Assembly (NCBI GenBank): GCA_048938005.1
Contig: JBHLMQ010000034.1
Span: 1 to 33,806 of the forward strand
Reading direction: 5' to 3'
Length of the DNA stretch: 33,806 nucleotides
Source: Promethearchaeota archaeon
GTDB taxonomy: Archaea > Asgardarchaeota > Lokiarchaeia > Sigyniarchaeales > SOKP01
Below, piece by piece: positions 18,231-27,816 of the stretch (within the stretch, counting starts at the first letter, position 1; the number at the start of each line of letters is the position of its first letter). Below the pieces are notes generated by a model. That model was given only the letters and a program-made list of their open reading frames with translations. It was not told where the DNA came from and did not search any database. The position numbers and the translations under genes were made by a program.

Positions 18231-19724
18231 TTAATCCTCTTCGATAATCTCCAAACCTAGAATCTTTGCTCCGATTATAAAATGTTCCTTCCAATCTCCG
18301 ATAAATGAAACACGATGCCATCCGAAAGATTCCCAATCATAATTCCTCATAATTTTTTCAACATTGTCTTTTACAAGCATTTTTGATACACATCCTTTTT
18401 CATCAACCACATTATCGATAATTTTTCCTCGTCTAATCGAAATTTTCTTTGTAAAAACACTTATTTTTATTGTAGTAACCATTTCACCAACGGGGAATTT
18501 AACACAAGGAGAAGCACCTAAGTAATGGGTTTCCCCATGATAGACAATTTCATAAGGTGATGATGGTCCATCAATTCCAAAAAGTCTATTTGGAGCTACA
18601 CAGTGCATATATGTTATTTGATCATTAATACCGTCAAAAGTATGGTTAGAAACAAATCCCGGTCGACCAGTTAAATATAACCCAAAAAGGAAACTTACAG
18701 TTGAATCCATATCAGATTCACATATACCATATATCCCTTCATTACTTAATTCAAAATAAGCCATACAAGGATAAGCAGGTAATATTCCTGTCAGCAAAAA
18801 TGTACCACAATCAGGAGTAAACACATCTATATCTTTATCTTGTAAGAGTTTTTTAAAAGCGAGGTATAATTTCGCAGAATTCAGAATAGTCTTTTCGGAG
18901 GGTTCTACTTTTAGTGCGTTCCTGATCCATTTATCAGCAATTTTTTTAGCTTCCTCCTCATTTACCTTTATATAATATTCCAGAATCTCATTTGGATCTC
19001 CACTTATCATTTCTATACCAAAAAATTCTTTCAAATTTCTTCTATATTTTGTTTCATCCATTCTCCACTGATGTGCTTGATCTTTACCAACAGTATCTGT
19101 ATAAAATTCAAACTCTTTATCACCACTCATTTTTACAACTTGTTCAAGAAACTCAGGATGCTCTTTTAATATTATCCTCCGTTCCGGATTGAATAATCCT
19201 AATATTACATCCCAGTTCATCTTTATTACATCGCTAGCATAAACTAAAACTCTCTTTCCCCTTAACTGTAGTAAGTTAATTAAGATTTCAATTGGTTGTT
19301 TAAAATCTTCAATCTTTTGTGAAGATATTGGAAATACTTGGTAATTTCTATTTCTAATATTAGAATAAATTTTAGTAAATGTGTGATCTCCTCCATATAC
19401 ATAATTAGCAAGAACAACTGGTTTTTTACTTTCGATAAATTCAATTCCTGCTTGGACTATTCCGGGATCCCCATAATGACCTATTGTAAAGATAATTAGC
19501 CCATTTGCTTCTAATATGCTTTCTTTAAGAGCTTCAATTGAGGATTTATCATATTTAGTAATTATATCCCCCCAACTAAATGCTACATTTGGAAACTTCT
19601 CAATTAAATACTCCTTAATTAACATAATTAGTTTTAAATTGTCATAACCTAAATAGGGCCATCCTGCTTCCCATTGTGGTTTCCCAATATAAATAACCTG
19701 AATTTTTATTTTTCTAGATATCAT
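18231..19724 (-). CDS. L-fucose/D-arabinose isomerase-like (FucI/AraA fold) protein
   Basis: AKLYLAFKKL, PCMAYFEL..EG..GICESD, HCVAP, and C-terminal GWHRVSFIGD, typical of FucI-like proteins. Confidence 0.7.
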   Translation of the reverse strand: MISRKIKIQVIYIGKPQWEAGWPYLGYDNLKLIMLIKEYLIEKFPNVAFSWGDIITKYDKSSIEALKESILEANGLIIFTIGHYGDPGIVQAGIEFIESKKPVVLANYVYGGDHTFTKIYSNIRNRNYQVFPISSQKIEDFKQPIEILINLLQLRGKRVLVYASDVIKMNWDVILGLFNPERRIILKEHPEFLEQVVKMSGDKEFEFYTDTVGKDQAHQWRMDETKYRRNLKEFFGIEMISGDPNEILEYYIKVNEEEAKKIADKWIRNALKVEPSEKTILNSAKLYLAFKKLLQDKDIDVFTPDCGTFLLTGILPAYPCMAYFELSNEGIYGICESDMDSTVSFLFGLYLTGRPGFVSNHTFDGINDQITYMHCVAPNRLFGIDGPSSPYEIVYHGETHYLGASPCVKFPVGEMVTTIKISVFTKKISIRRGKIIDNVVDEKGCVSKMLVKDNVEKIMRNYDWESFGWHRVSFIGDWKEHFIIGAKILGLEIIEED

Positions 19725-19870
19725 TTTTTAAAAACCTGCTAAATTATATATAAAATTATACAATTATTCAAAGATATTTTAGAAATTATAATTTTTTAAA
19801 AGTTAAAAACATAAAATATAACATACAAGTAGATTTTAGTATTATCAATTTATATAGGGATTCAATAAAA

Positions 19871-20761
19871 ATGACAGCAGTTTTCTACTGGTTAGGGGTT
19901 ACATTAGCTATTTCTTCAGGATTATCAAATCAATTTGGGACTGTATTGCAAAAAAAGGTTGTAAATGAACTCCCAGATGAATCAAAACTTATGAGGAGTC
20001 TTATTAAAAAACGATTATGGGTATTGGGTCTTATATTACAATATGGATTAGGAGCGGTACTTTATATGATGGCACAATTATATATTGGTCCTGCGTTAAT
20101 TCCTGGATTTATGGCTTCAGGGTTAATCGTTTTAGCAATAGGATCCATTAAAATCGTAGGTGAAACATTGAATAAAGGAGAAATTTTTGGTATTGTATTA
20201 ATGATAATAGCCTTTTTTTTATTAGGAATGAGTGAATTATCAATTGAAATTACTAGTATGAATCTTTTAGAGATATTGTTTATTATAAGGGTATTAAGTT
20301 TTACACTCATTGTAATATTAATCTCTATTATTTGTTATATGATACAGCGAAGAAATAATAGGTTTAAGGGAATTTTATTAGCAATAATATCAGGTTTCAT
20401 GTTTGTACTGTCTAATTTTTGGGTAAGTCCATTAATTGGAGTTATAGGTAATGTTTTAAGTGGTGCTTATAACTTAGCTGAATTTATGTTATTTATTTTT
20501 TCTGTAATAATTTTAATTTTATCTAATTTTCTAGGTGTTTTTACCATTCAAAAATCATTTACAATAGGTCAAGCAAGTAATTTAGTTCCTATCCAACAAG
20601 TTCCAACCCTGCTCGCCCCTATAGCAATATACTTTCTAATATTTCTCTTAACCCCACCCAGTTTCTTATCTATTTTCTACTTAATTTTTGGAATTACACT
20701 AATTATAATTAGTTCGTTTCTATTAGGAAAAAGATCAGCACAATTAGAACAAATTAAATAA
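19871..20761 (+). CDS. DMT superfamily transporter, NIPA (Mg2+ transporter)-like
   Basis: About 9 transmembrane segments. LAISSG....G.VLQKK, LW..GL and GETL patterns resemble NIPA/EamA proteins. Confidence 0.7.
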   Translation: MTAVFYWLGVTLAISSGLSNQFGTVLQKKVVNELPDESKLMRSLIKKRLWVLGLILQYGLGAVLYMMAQLYIGPALIPGFMASGLIVLAIGSIKIVGETLNKGEIFGIVLMIIAFFLLGMSELSIEITSMNLLEILFIIRVLSFTLIVILISIICYMIQRRNNRFKGILLAIISGFMFVLSNFWVSPLIGVIGNVLSGAYNLAEFMLFIFSVIILILSNFLGVFTIQKSFTIGQASNLVPIQQVPTLLAPIAIYFLIFLLTPPSFLSIFYLIFGITLIIISSFLLGKRSAQLEQIK

Positions 20762-20785
20762 TTTTATATTCTATACAATTATATT

Positions 20786-21586
20786 ATGGCGAAATTCATA
20801 TTTTTTCAAGCTCATCCTGATGATTTAGAGCATAAGTGTGGCCATTTAATGCATTATCTCGCAACTAAAGGCAAAAGGAATCATATCATTAAAATTGCAT
20901 CTATTACTAAAGGAGAATTTGGGCTTCCGGGTCCTCAATACGATAAATTTAAAGGAGATTTACTCGCAAAAATTAGAACACAAGAATTGTTTGATGCTGA
21001 AAAAATCCATGGGATTCCTCCGGAGAATATAGATTTTTTTGGATATATTGATGGATTTGTACCATTTAATAAAGAATTTATTAACAGAATTGCTGAATAT
21101 CTAAAAAAAGAAAGACCAGATATCATTTTTGCTCCAGAAGCAATCTATTCATGGTATTATCATATGGATCATATAAACACTGGAAGAACGATATTTTATA
21201 TTATCCACAATAAATTAATTGATTTTATTCCAATCCTTTATTTTTATACCTCTTTGCATCCGAATTTTTTTTTTGGTTTTGAAAAAAGGGATATCAAGTC
21301 TTTAACTTACAAATTGATTGCATGTCATAAAACACAAAACTGGCTTTTAAGATATACTATGCTCCCTTATCGCCCATTTAGTAGATTTGCGGGAAGAAAG
21401 CTCCCAGGTTGGAGATATGCTGAACCATATCGGCGAGTGTATTTCAATAAAAATAATTTACAGAAGAATAAACAACCATTAATTATACGAATTTTTAGCC
21501 ATTTTTTTTCCAGTCTTCCATGGACTAAAGCAAAATATCCTCAGGATATGTTACTAGAAATCAAAAAGAACAAGGAAAAAAAATAA
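20786..21586 (+). CDS. PIG-L/LmbE family N-acetyl-sugar deacetylase
   Basis: AHPDD, T.GE.G, R..E, DG, RPDIIF, HMDH and HKTQ motifs. Confidence 0.88.
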   Translation: MAKFIFFQAHPDDLEHKCGHLMHYLATKGKRNHIIKIASITKGEFGLPGPQYDKFKGDLLAKIRTQELFDAEKIHGIPPENIDFFGYIDGFVPFNKEFINRIAEYLKKERPDIIFAPEAIYSWYYHMDHINTGRTIFYIIHNKLIDFIPILYFYTSLHPNFFFGFEKRDIKSLTYKLIACHKTQNWLLRYTMLPYRPFSRFAGRKLPGWRYAEPYRRVYFNKNNLQKNKQPLIIRIFSHFFSSLPWTKAKYPQDMLLEIKKNKEKK

Positions 21587-21631
21587 TCTTATAAAAGAAG
21601 GATAAATTTAATTTTTTAAAGGTGAAAATAT

Positions 21632-21976
21632 ATGGCATCAGCTGAAGATTTAAAGCAAGCATTAGAAAAATGGGCAAAAAAACTTGATGATCCAGAAATT
21701 GCAGAAGAGTTTGAAGATTTTAATAAAACTATGCAATTTATTTTTCCTGATATCGATTACAAAGTTCAACTAATCTTTCAAGATAAAAACGCGAGATTAG
21801 AGGATGGATTTAATGACAATGCTGAAATGAGTTTAGAAGTAGACTCTAATCTTTTTCTAGGTATATTAACTGGGGAAATAGATCCAATGGAAGCATTTAT
21901 GGATGGTACACTTAAACCAAAAGGAACCATGTCCGATTTAGAAAGATTAGAGATTTTTCTGGATGAATTTGATTAA
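21632..21976 (+). CDS. SCP2 sterol/lipid-binding domain protein
   Basis: 114 aa with GEIDPMEAFMDGTLKPKGTM, matching the SCP2 C-terminal signature. Shine-Dalgarno AAGGTGA upstream. Confidence 0.85.
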   Translation: MASAEDLKQALEKWAKKLDDPEIAEEFEDFNKTMQFIFPDIDYKVQLIFQDKNARLEDGFNDNAEMSLEVDSNLFLGILTGEIDPMEAFMDGTLKPKGTMSDLERLEIFLDEFD

Positions 21977-21997
21977 AATTTTGAGGATTTTTATAAA

Positions 21998-23119
21998 ATG
22001 GAACCAATTGGTTATAATAAAAAAAGAGCTTCTCAAATTCTTGAGAAGAATAATATAGATGCATTAATAGCCACTACACCAGTGAATGTTTTTTATACTA
22101 CTGGTATTCCAACCTTACATGTTGCTCCTAATCCTATATTATTTGTACTTTACAATCAATATCCAAGTTTTTCAATAATAACTAATGATGGAGAAGTATT
22201 TTTATTAATATGGATGTTATATGATAGCGTAGAAACATTTTCATGGGTGAAAGATTATGAACGTATCGGGTCGCCGCAAGGAGCATTGAAGATTCTGGGT
22301 GAAAAAATTGAAGAACTCGGTTTAGAAAATAAGACATTAGGGATTGAAACTTTAATGCCTCGATATCAATCTGAATTTCTTCGAAAAAAGTTTTCTAATG
22401 CTTCTTTTGTAGATGGAGATAATCATTTTTTGGAAATGCGTTTAATAAAATCTGAAGAAGAAATAAAAAGAATTAAAAAATCAACTGAAATTGCTGAAAA
22501 AGCGATCTTAAAATGTGTTGAGGCTGTGAAAGAGGGAATTACTGATTATGAATTGCTTCAGATTGCTAGAAGTACAATTGTTGGTGAAGGCGCAGAAGGA
22601 TGGGATCATTTGACTATGAATATTGGGAATTCAGATCCCGAAGCTCCAGGAGTTGGAACGGTCGTTCGACCAAGCGAAATGATAAGGTTTGATTTTGGAG
22701 CCGTATGGAAAGGTTATGTCTCAGATGTAAGTAGAGAGGCTATTCTTGGTGAGGTACCTAAGAAGGGAGCAATGGCAATGGAGAATATGATTAAAGTACA
22801 AGAATTTTGTTTAGAAAACCTTAAACCAGGAACTAATCCAAAAAAACTATATGATGATACTTATAAATATTTTAAACAAATAGGAAAAGGTCGTTGTAAC
22901 ATAATTGGTCATAGTATTGGATTAGAAACCGAAGAAACTCATATAATTGGACCAGGTCACAGTTTTAATGGTTTAATTGAAGAAAATATGGTGTTGGATG
23001 TAGAAGCATGGCAAATTGTTAGAGGTCAAGGCTTAGTTGGAATTGAAGATTGCTATAGGATTACAAGCTCTGACTGCGAGAGACTTTCCAATCTAGAAAA
23101 AGAGATTTTTTTAAGATAA
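21998..23119 (+). CDS. M24 family (Xaa-Pro peptidase/creatinase-like) hydrolase
   Basis: Creatinase-like N-domain (NVFYTTG), RLIKSEEEI, and metal ligands DFG, SDVSR, GHSIGL, E and IED. Confidence 0.88.
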   Translation: MEPIGYNKKRASQILEKNNIDALIATTPVNVFYTTGIPTLHVAPNPILFVLYNQYPSFSIITNDGEVFLLIWMLYDSVETFSWVKDYERIGSPQGALKILGEKIEELGLENKTLGIETLMPRYQSEFLRKKFSNASFVDGDNHFLEMRLIKSEEEIKRIKKSTEIAEKAILKCVEAVKEGITDYELLQIARSTIVGEGAEGWDHLTMNIGNSDPEAPGVGTVVRPSEMIRFDFGAVWKGYVSDVSREAILGEVPKKGAMAMENMIKVQEFCLENLKPGTNPKKLYDDTYKYFKQIGKGRCNIIGHSIGLETEETHIIGPGHSFNGLIEENMVLDVEAWQIVRGQGLVGIEDCYRITSSDCERLSNLEKEIFLR

Positions 23120-23146
23120 TTTTATTAATTTCATTTTTTTCCTTAT

Positions 23147-24265
23147 CTAATAATTTTTTTGTACAACCTTCTCTAAGCCTTCAAGTATGCTTTTTGTGCC
23201 TATTGTATTATAAATTTCCATTAATTCATTTCTATTTGCAGTCTTTCCTTTTTTGGCAGACAAGTATGCCATCAAAACTGTTGCTATTGCTTCTTTCGCT
23301 TGTTCTGGAGTAAATTCTGGCTCTTTATCCTTAAGAATGCATTCTGTAAAATGAGCATCTTCATATCCTATTGAAATAGGGTAATAAGAAAGTGCGGGTC
23401 CATGTTCAATTTCAGGTTCAAACCACATACCCAAATTCTTTCCCATATCTTCATGTTTAGAAAAAATTCTCACTGGCTTTTCCCATTCATGATTTTCAAT
23501 AATTGTACCTTTAGTCCCATATATTTCCATACTATTGTTAAAAGGAGAAACAACAGTAAAACTTACAACTGTTTCAGCTATTGTTCCTTTTTTATATTTT
23601 AAGAAAACCATTGCATTATCTTCTGCTTTTTCTTCTAAAGTAGTATATTGTTTTGTTATCCAACTATAGGCTGATTCTACTATATCATTTAAAATCCAAT
23701 TTATTGTAGCAAATTTGTGCGCCCCCATATCCATAAGACAGCCTCCTCCTGCCTTTATTGGATCACCCTTCCAAAATCCAGCTTTCATAAGCCCCTCAAC
23801 TTCATTTACTCCTTCATAAGATCGAACTAAAAAAATTTCCCCTAATAATCCTGACTGCACCGCATCCATAATGTATTTATGAGCTGGTAAAAATCGATGA
23901 TTTTCTGCTATCATAAATTTTACTCCTGCCTTTTTAGTGACTCTAATCATTATATCGCATCCTTCTAGGGTAGTTGCCATAGGTTTTTCACATAAAACGT
24001 GTTTCCCTACTTCTGCTGCGGCAATAACATATTGTTCATGAAGGTAATGGGGTACCATTATTATAACAGCATCAATTTCACTCTTTAGAAAATCATCTAG
24101 CTCATCGTAGTACTCCATTTTATTCTTCTGAGCCATTAATCTTCCAAGTTTTTCATTTGTATCAAAAATGGATTTAAATTTAATTTGGGGATTTCTTCTA
24201 ATAGCACGTTGATGATATCTAAATGCAGCTCCAGAACCAATAATTCCATATCTTACAAAATCCAT
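23147..24265 (-). CDS. Gfo/Idh/MocA family oxidoreductase
   Basis: GIIGSG, PHYLH, GKHVLCEKPMA and GGGCLMDMGAH motifs. Confidence 0.92.
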   Translation of the reverse strand: MDFVRYGIIGSGAAFRYHQRAIRRNPQIKFKSIFDTNEKLGRLMAQKNKMEYYDELDDFLKSEIDAVIIMVPHYLHEQYVIAAAEVGKHVLCEKPMATTLEGCDIMIRVTKKAGVKFMIAENHRFLPAHKYIMDAVQSGLLGEIFLVRSYEGVNEVEGLMKAGFWKGDPIKAGGGCLMDMGAHKFATINWILNDIVESAYSWITKQYTTLEEKAEDNAMVFLKYKKGTIAETVVSFTVVSPFNNSMEIYGTKGTIIENHEWEKPVRIFSKHEDMGKNLGMWFEPEIEHGPALSYYPISIGYEDAHFTECILKDKEPEFTPEQAKEAIATVLMAYLSAKKGKTANRNELMEIYNTIGTKSILEGLEKVVQKNY

Positions 24266-24286
24266 AAATAAGAAAAATAATAGTAT

Positions 24287-24298
24287 AATTTATAAATT
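24287..24298. promoter_or_regulatory. Palindromic TATA-like element between divergent genes
   Basis: Perfect palindrome AATTTATAAATT in a 43-bp divergent gap. The TTTATAAA core lies 24 nt from the Gfo ATG. Confidence 0.4.
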
Positions 24299-24308
24299 TG
24301 TTCCAAAT

Positions 24309-25100
24309 TTGAAGGTGAATAAAATTCGAGTTAAAGACAAAGTTGTGATTTTAACTGGAGCCGCTTCTGGAATTGGGAGATCTACTGCAATTTTATTAGC
24401 AAAAGAAGGTGCTATACAAATTCTTTCAGACATTGATGAGGATGGATTAAAAAAAACTTTTGAAATGCTTGAAGAAGGAAAAGAACGAACAACTATAATA
24501 AAAGTAGATGTAAGAAATCCAGAAGAAGTCAAAAATATGATTGAATCAACAATAGAAAACCATGGAAGAATTGATATTCTAATTGTAAATGCAGGGGTGG
24601 TGCGAGTAGGACCTGTTGAGACATTTCCAGATGAAGATTATGACCTTTTAATTGATGTAAATTTAAAGGGTACTCACTATACTTGTAAATATGCTGTTCC
24701 TTATTTTAAAAAACAAAAGTCTGGTTCAATTATAACTTTAGCTTCTGTGGCAGCCCATATTGGACAAGTTGCGCATGCAAATTATTGCTCTACTAAAGCA
24801 GGAGTCTTAGGATATACAAGGGCTCTAGCGTTAGATTTAGCACCGTATAATGTTAGGGTTAATAGTGTAAGTCCTGGTGCTACAGACACACCAATGCTAC
24901 AGAGTGATGTAGCAAAACAAGCGAAAGACAGAGGAGTAACATATGAAGAAGTTAAAAAAGAGTTTGAACAAGAAGGTGTTATGGGGCGTTGGGCCACACC
25001 AGAAGAAATAGCTACAGGAATACTTTTCTTGGCAACAGAGGAATCCTCTTATATAACTGGAGCTGATCTTAGAATTGATGGTGGGTGGACCACTCAATAA
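24309..25100 (+). CDS. Short-chain dehydrogenase/reductase (SDR)
   Basis: TGAASGIG, NAG, catalytic S and YCSTK, PGATDT and DGG. The start is uncertain (TTG 24309, GTG 24315 or ATT 24324). Confidence 0.92.
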   Translation: MKVNKIRVKDKVVILTGAASGIGRSTAILLAKEGAIQILSDIDEDGLKKTFEMLEEGKERTTIIKVDVRNPEEVKNMIESTIENHGRIDILIVNAGVVRVGPVETFPDEDYDLLIDVNLKGTHYTCKYAVPYFKKQKSGSIITLASVAAHIGQVAHANYCSTKAGVLGYTRALALDLAPYNVRVNSVSPGATDTPMLQSDVAKQAKDRGVTYEEVKKEFEQEGVMGRWATPEEIATGILFLATEESSYITGADLRIDGGWTTQ

Positions 25101-25106
25101 AGAAAA

Positions 25107-25116
25107 TTTTTTTTTT
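25107..25116 (+). terminator. Oligo-T terminator
   Basis: T10 run 6 nt after the SDR stop, between convergent genes. Confidence 0.55.
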
Positions 25117-25131
25117 ATAAAATTTTTATAC

Positions 25132-25827
25132 CTATTCTAATGCCTTTTTAATTGCGGCTCTTGCGAGTAATCTAGTAGAATCTAAAATAGGTAATGAAAA
25201 ATCATTTGGATCTATGAGTAAGGGAATCTCCGTGCAACCAAGGACAACTGCATTACAACCATTCTTGGCTAACTTTTGTATAACTTTATTATAAACTCGT
25301 CGAGATTCTTCTGAAAAGACACCATTTACTAACTCTTCAAATATTATTTTATCAATTTTTTCTTGATCTGAAGCATCAGGGATTTCAGAAGTTATTCCAA
25401 ATTTCTTGAGGGCATTAGGATAAACGTGAGAATTCATGAGATATTTTGTCCCTAAAATTCCTAGATGTTTAAATCGTTTCTGTTTAGCCTCTTCTCCTAC
25501 AACTTCTGCGATATGCAACCAAGGAATAGGTGATTTAGCTATCATTAAATCAAATGCCTGGTGAATAGTATTATCAGGACAAATTGCAAAATCTGCTCCC
25601 GCATTTGCTACGATTTGAGCAGAAGTGAGCATTAATTCCGCTACCCCTTCCCAATTTCCATTCCAGATATGTTGCATATAATCAGAAAGAGGTGGTGTAT
25701 GTATTGTTATTTCAGGGTGTCTATATTTAAACAATTTTTCCTGAGATTCAATACATATTGTTGTATAGCAAAGAGCAGCTCCTTCTGCGCTACAAGCAAC
25801 AATTCCAATATGTTTTACCAATTTCAA
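25132..25827 (-). CDS. Aspartate/glutamate racemase family protein
   Basis: CPDNTIH, LGILGT and VVLGCTEIPL, DST motifs. TTG start at 25827 or 25821. Confidence 0.88.
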   Translation of the reverse strand: MKLVKHIGIVACSAEGAALCYTTICIESQEKLFKYRHPEITIHTPPLSDYMQHIWNGNWEGVAELMLTSAQIVANAGADFAICPDNTIHQAFDLMIAKSPIPWLHIAEVVGEEAKQKRFKHLGILGTKYLMNSHVYPNALKKFGITSEIPDASDQEKIDKIIFEELVNGVFSEESRRVYNKVIQKLAKNGCNAVVLGCTEIPLLIDPNDFSLPILDSTRLLARAAIKKALE

Positions 25828-25854
25828 TCCCCTTTTATTTTAAGTATTAAACCT

Positions 25855-26997
25855 CTACCAATTTAAATTTTTATAATTATTTTGGATGACAGGCAGAAAA
25901 TTGTCTAAAATATTCGCTGTACCTTCTTTTTTTGAATAATTTTTAAACTCATCCATGCTAACAATCATTCCTCTCTTAGCAGAGAGATAAGAAAGAAGTA
26001 CAACAGCAACTGCTTCTTTTGCTTGCTCAGGGGTGAATTCAGGTTCTTTATCATTTAAGATACAATCAGCAAAATATCGATCTTCATATCGAGCCGATAT
26101 TGTATAATACTGTGGATAAGCCCCATGTTCAATAGGTTCAGATGGGCTATAAAATTCGCCCTTCTTCTCCGCTTCAGGATGAGATGAAAAGATTTTAATG
26201 GGTTGTTCCCTAGAATGATCTTCATAAATAGTACCTTTTGTTCCCTGTAATTCAGTACTATTATTTAAGGGATGTACAGTGGTTGAGGATAAAGCAACAC
26301 TTACGATTGCCCCTGATTTATAACGTAATAGAATTATTGAAGTATCCTCTCCTTTATTCGATGGGCTGTTTACGGTTTTTGAGCACCAACACTGGGCTGA
26401 TTCAACATCACCTAAAAACCAATTTAGCATAGTAAATTTATGAACACCTTGATCCATGACAACTCCACCACCACCTTTATCAAAAGTAAAATTCCACACA
26501 TTAGGATCCAGAAATTCTTGAGGATCACAATAAGCACCTTCATATGTTCGGGCTAAAAATACATCTCCAATAAAATCTTTATTTAAGAGAGTTTTAATGT
26601 ATCGATGAACCGGTAAAAATCTGTGATTTTCAGCTATCATGAACTTTACACCCGCTCTTTCAGTCGCTTTAATCATTCTATCACATTCTTCAAGTGTACA
26701 TGCCATAGGCTTTTCACAGAGTATATGTTTACCAGCATCAGCAATTTTTTCGGTTAAGTCAGCATGTAGATAATGAGGTATTAATAAGAGCACTGCTTCT
26801 ATATCACTATGAAGAAATTCATCCAAATTAGTATATGGTGTAAGTTTATTACGTTTAGAAACTCGATTTAAATTATTTTCATTAATATCATAAGCAGCTA
26901 TAAATTTAATATTTGGATTATGATCTTTTTTGATGCCTAATATATGAAAATTACTTGCATTTCCACATCCTAAGATCCCAAACTTTACCAATTCCAT
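25855..26997 (-). CDS. Gfo/Idh/MocA family oxidoreductase (paralog of 23147..24265)
   Basis: GILGCG, GKHILCEKPMA, AGVKFMIAENHRFLP and GGGVVMDQGVH motifs. ATG 26997 aligns with the paralog's start. Confidence 0.92.
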   Translation of the reverse strand: MELVKFGILGCGNASNFHILGIKKDHNPNIKFIAAYDINENNLNRVSKRNKLTPYTNLDEFLHSDIEAVLLLIPHYLHADLTEKIADAGKHILCEKPMACTLEECDRMIKATERAGVKFMIAENHRFLPVHRYIKTLLNKDFIGDVFLARTYEGAYCDPQEFLDPNVWNFTFDKGGGGVVMDQGVHKFTMLNWFLGDVESAQCWCSKTVNSPSNKGEDTSIILLRYKSGAIVSVALSSTTVHPLNNSTELQGTKGTIYEDHSREQPIKIFSSHPEAEKKGEFYSPSEPIEHGAYPQYYTISARYEDRYFADCILNDKEPEFTPEQAKEAVAVVLLSYLSAKRGMIVSMDEFKNYSKKEGTANILDNFLPVIQNNYKNLNW

Positions 26998-27024
26998 ATT
27001 AAAAACCTTTTTTCCTAAAAACAA

Positions 27025-27774
27025 TTACATGGTCATTCCACCATCAATTAAAAGACTAATACCTGTACAAAATTCATTCAATGCGAGAAATAAGACACCT
27101 TCTGCTATTTCTTCAGGTTTTCCAAGTCTTTTTAATCTCTGACGAATAATGTATTGCTGTCTTACCTCTTCATAATCCCCTCCTCTACTTTTAATCCTTT
27201 CTGCTAATGAAGGAGTATCTGTAGTTCCAGGGCATATAGCATTGACTCTAATTTTATCCTCCAGATAATCCATAGCCATAGCTCTCGTCATTGAAAGGAC
27301 TGCTCCTTTAGACGCCGTGTAAGCTGCTCTATCTTTAACTCCTTTAAATGCAACTGAAGAAGAATTATTGATAATTACTCCTTGTGTTTTTCGTAAATAT
27401 GGGATAGCATATTTAGTTACCAAATAGATACCACGTACATTAATAGCCATAGTTTTATCCCAATCTTGGGTTGATATTGAATCAATTGCCCCTCCAAGAA
27501 CAATTCCAGCATTATTAAATAAAATATCTATTTTATGATAATTATTTATAGTCTTTTCTATTATTTTTTTCGCCTCTTCTTCCACAGAAACATCAGCTTG
27601 AACAAAAATAGCATCTCCACCAATGGATTTAATTTTTTCTACAACATTCTTGGCTGAATCTGACAAAGAATTACAACATACTTTTGCACCTTCTTTAGCA
27701 AAAAGAATAGCAGTAGCTTCACCAATTCCTGCTCCTGCTCCTGTTATTATAGCTATCTTATCTTTTAATTTCAT
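27025..27774 (-). CDS. Short-chain dehydrogenase/reductase (SDR)
   Basis: TGAGAGIG, NNAG, YTASK, ICPGTTDTP and DGG motifs. Confidence 0.92.
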   Translation of the reverse strand: MKLKDKIAIITGAGAGIGEATAILFAKEGAKVCCNSLSDSAKNVVEKIKSIGGDAIFVQADVSVEEEAKKIIEKTINNYHKIDILFNNAGIVLGGAIDSISTQDWDKTMAINVRGIYLVTKYAIPYLRKTQGVIINNSSSVAFKGVKDRAAYTASKGAVLSMTRAMAMDYLEDKIRVNAICPGTTDTPSLAERIKSRGGDYEEVRQQYIIRQRLKRLGKPEEIAEGVLFLALNEFCTGISLLIDGGMTM

Positions 27775-27816
27775 GTTTTACTATTTTAAAATATTTTTAC
27801 TTTTTAATTTAAAAAA

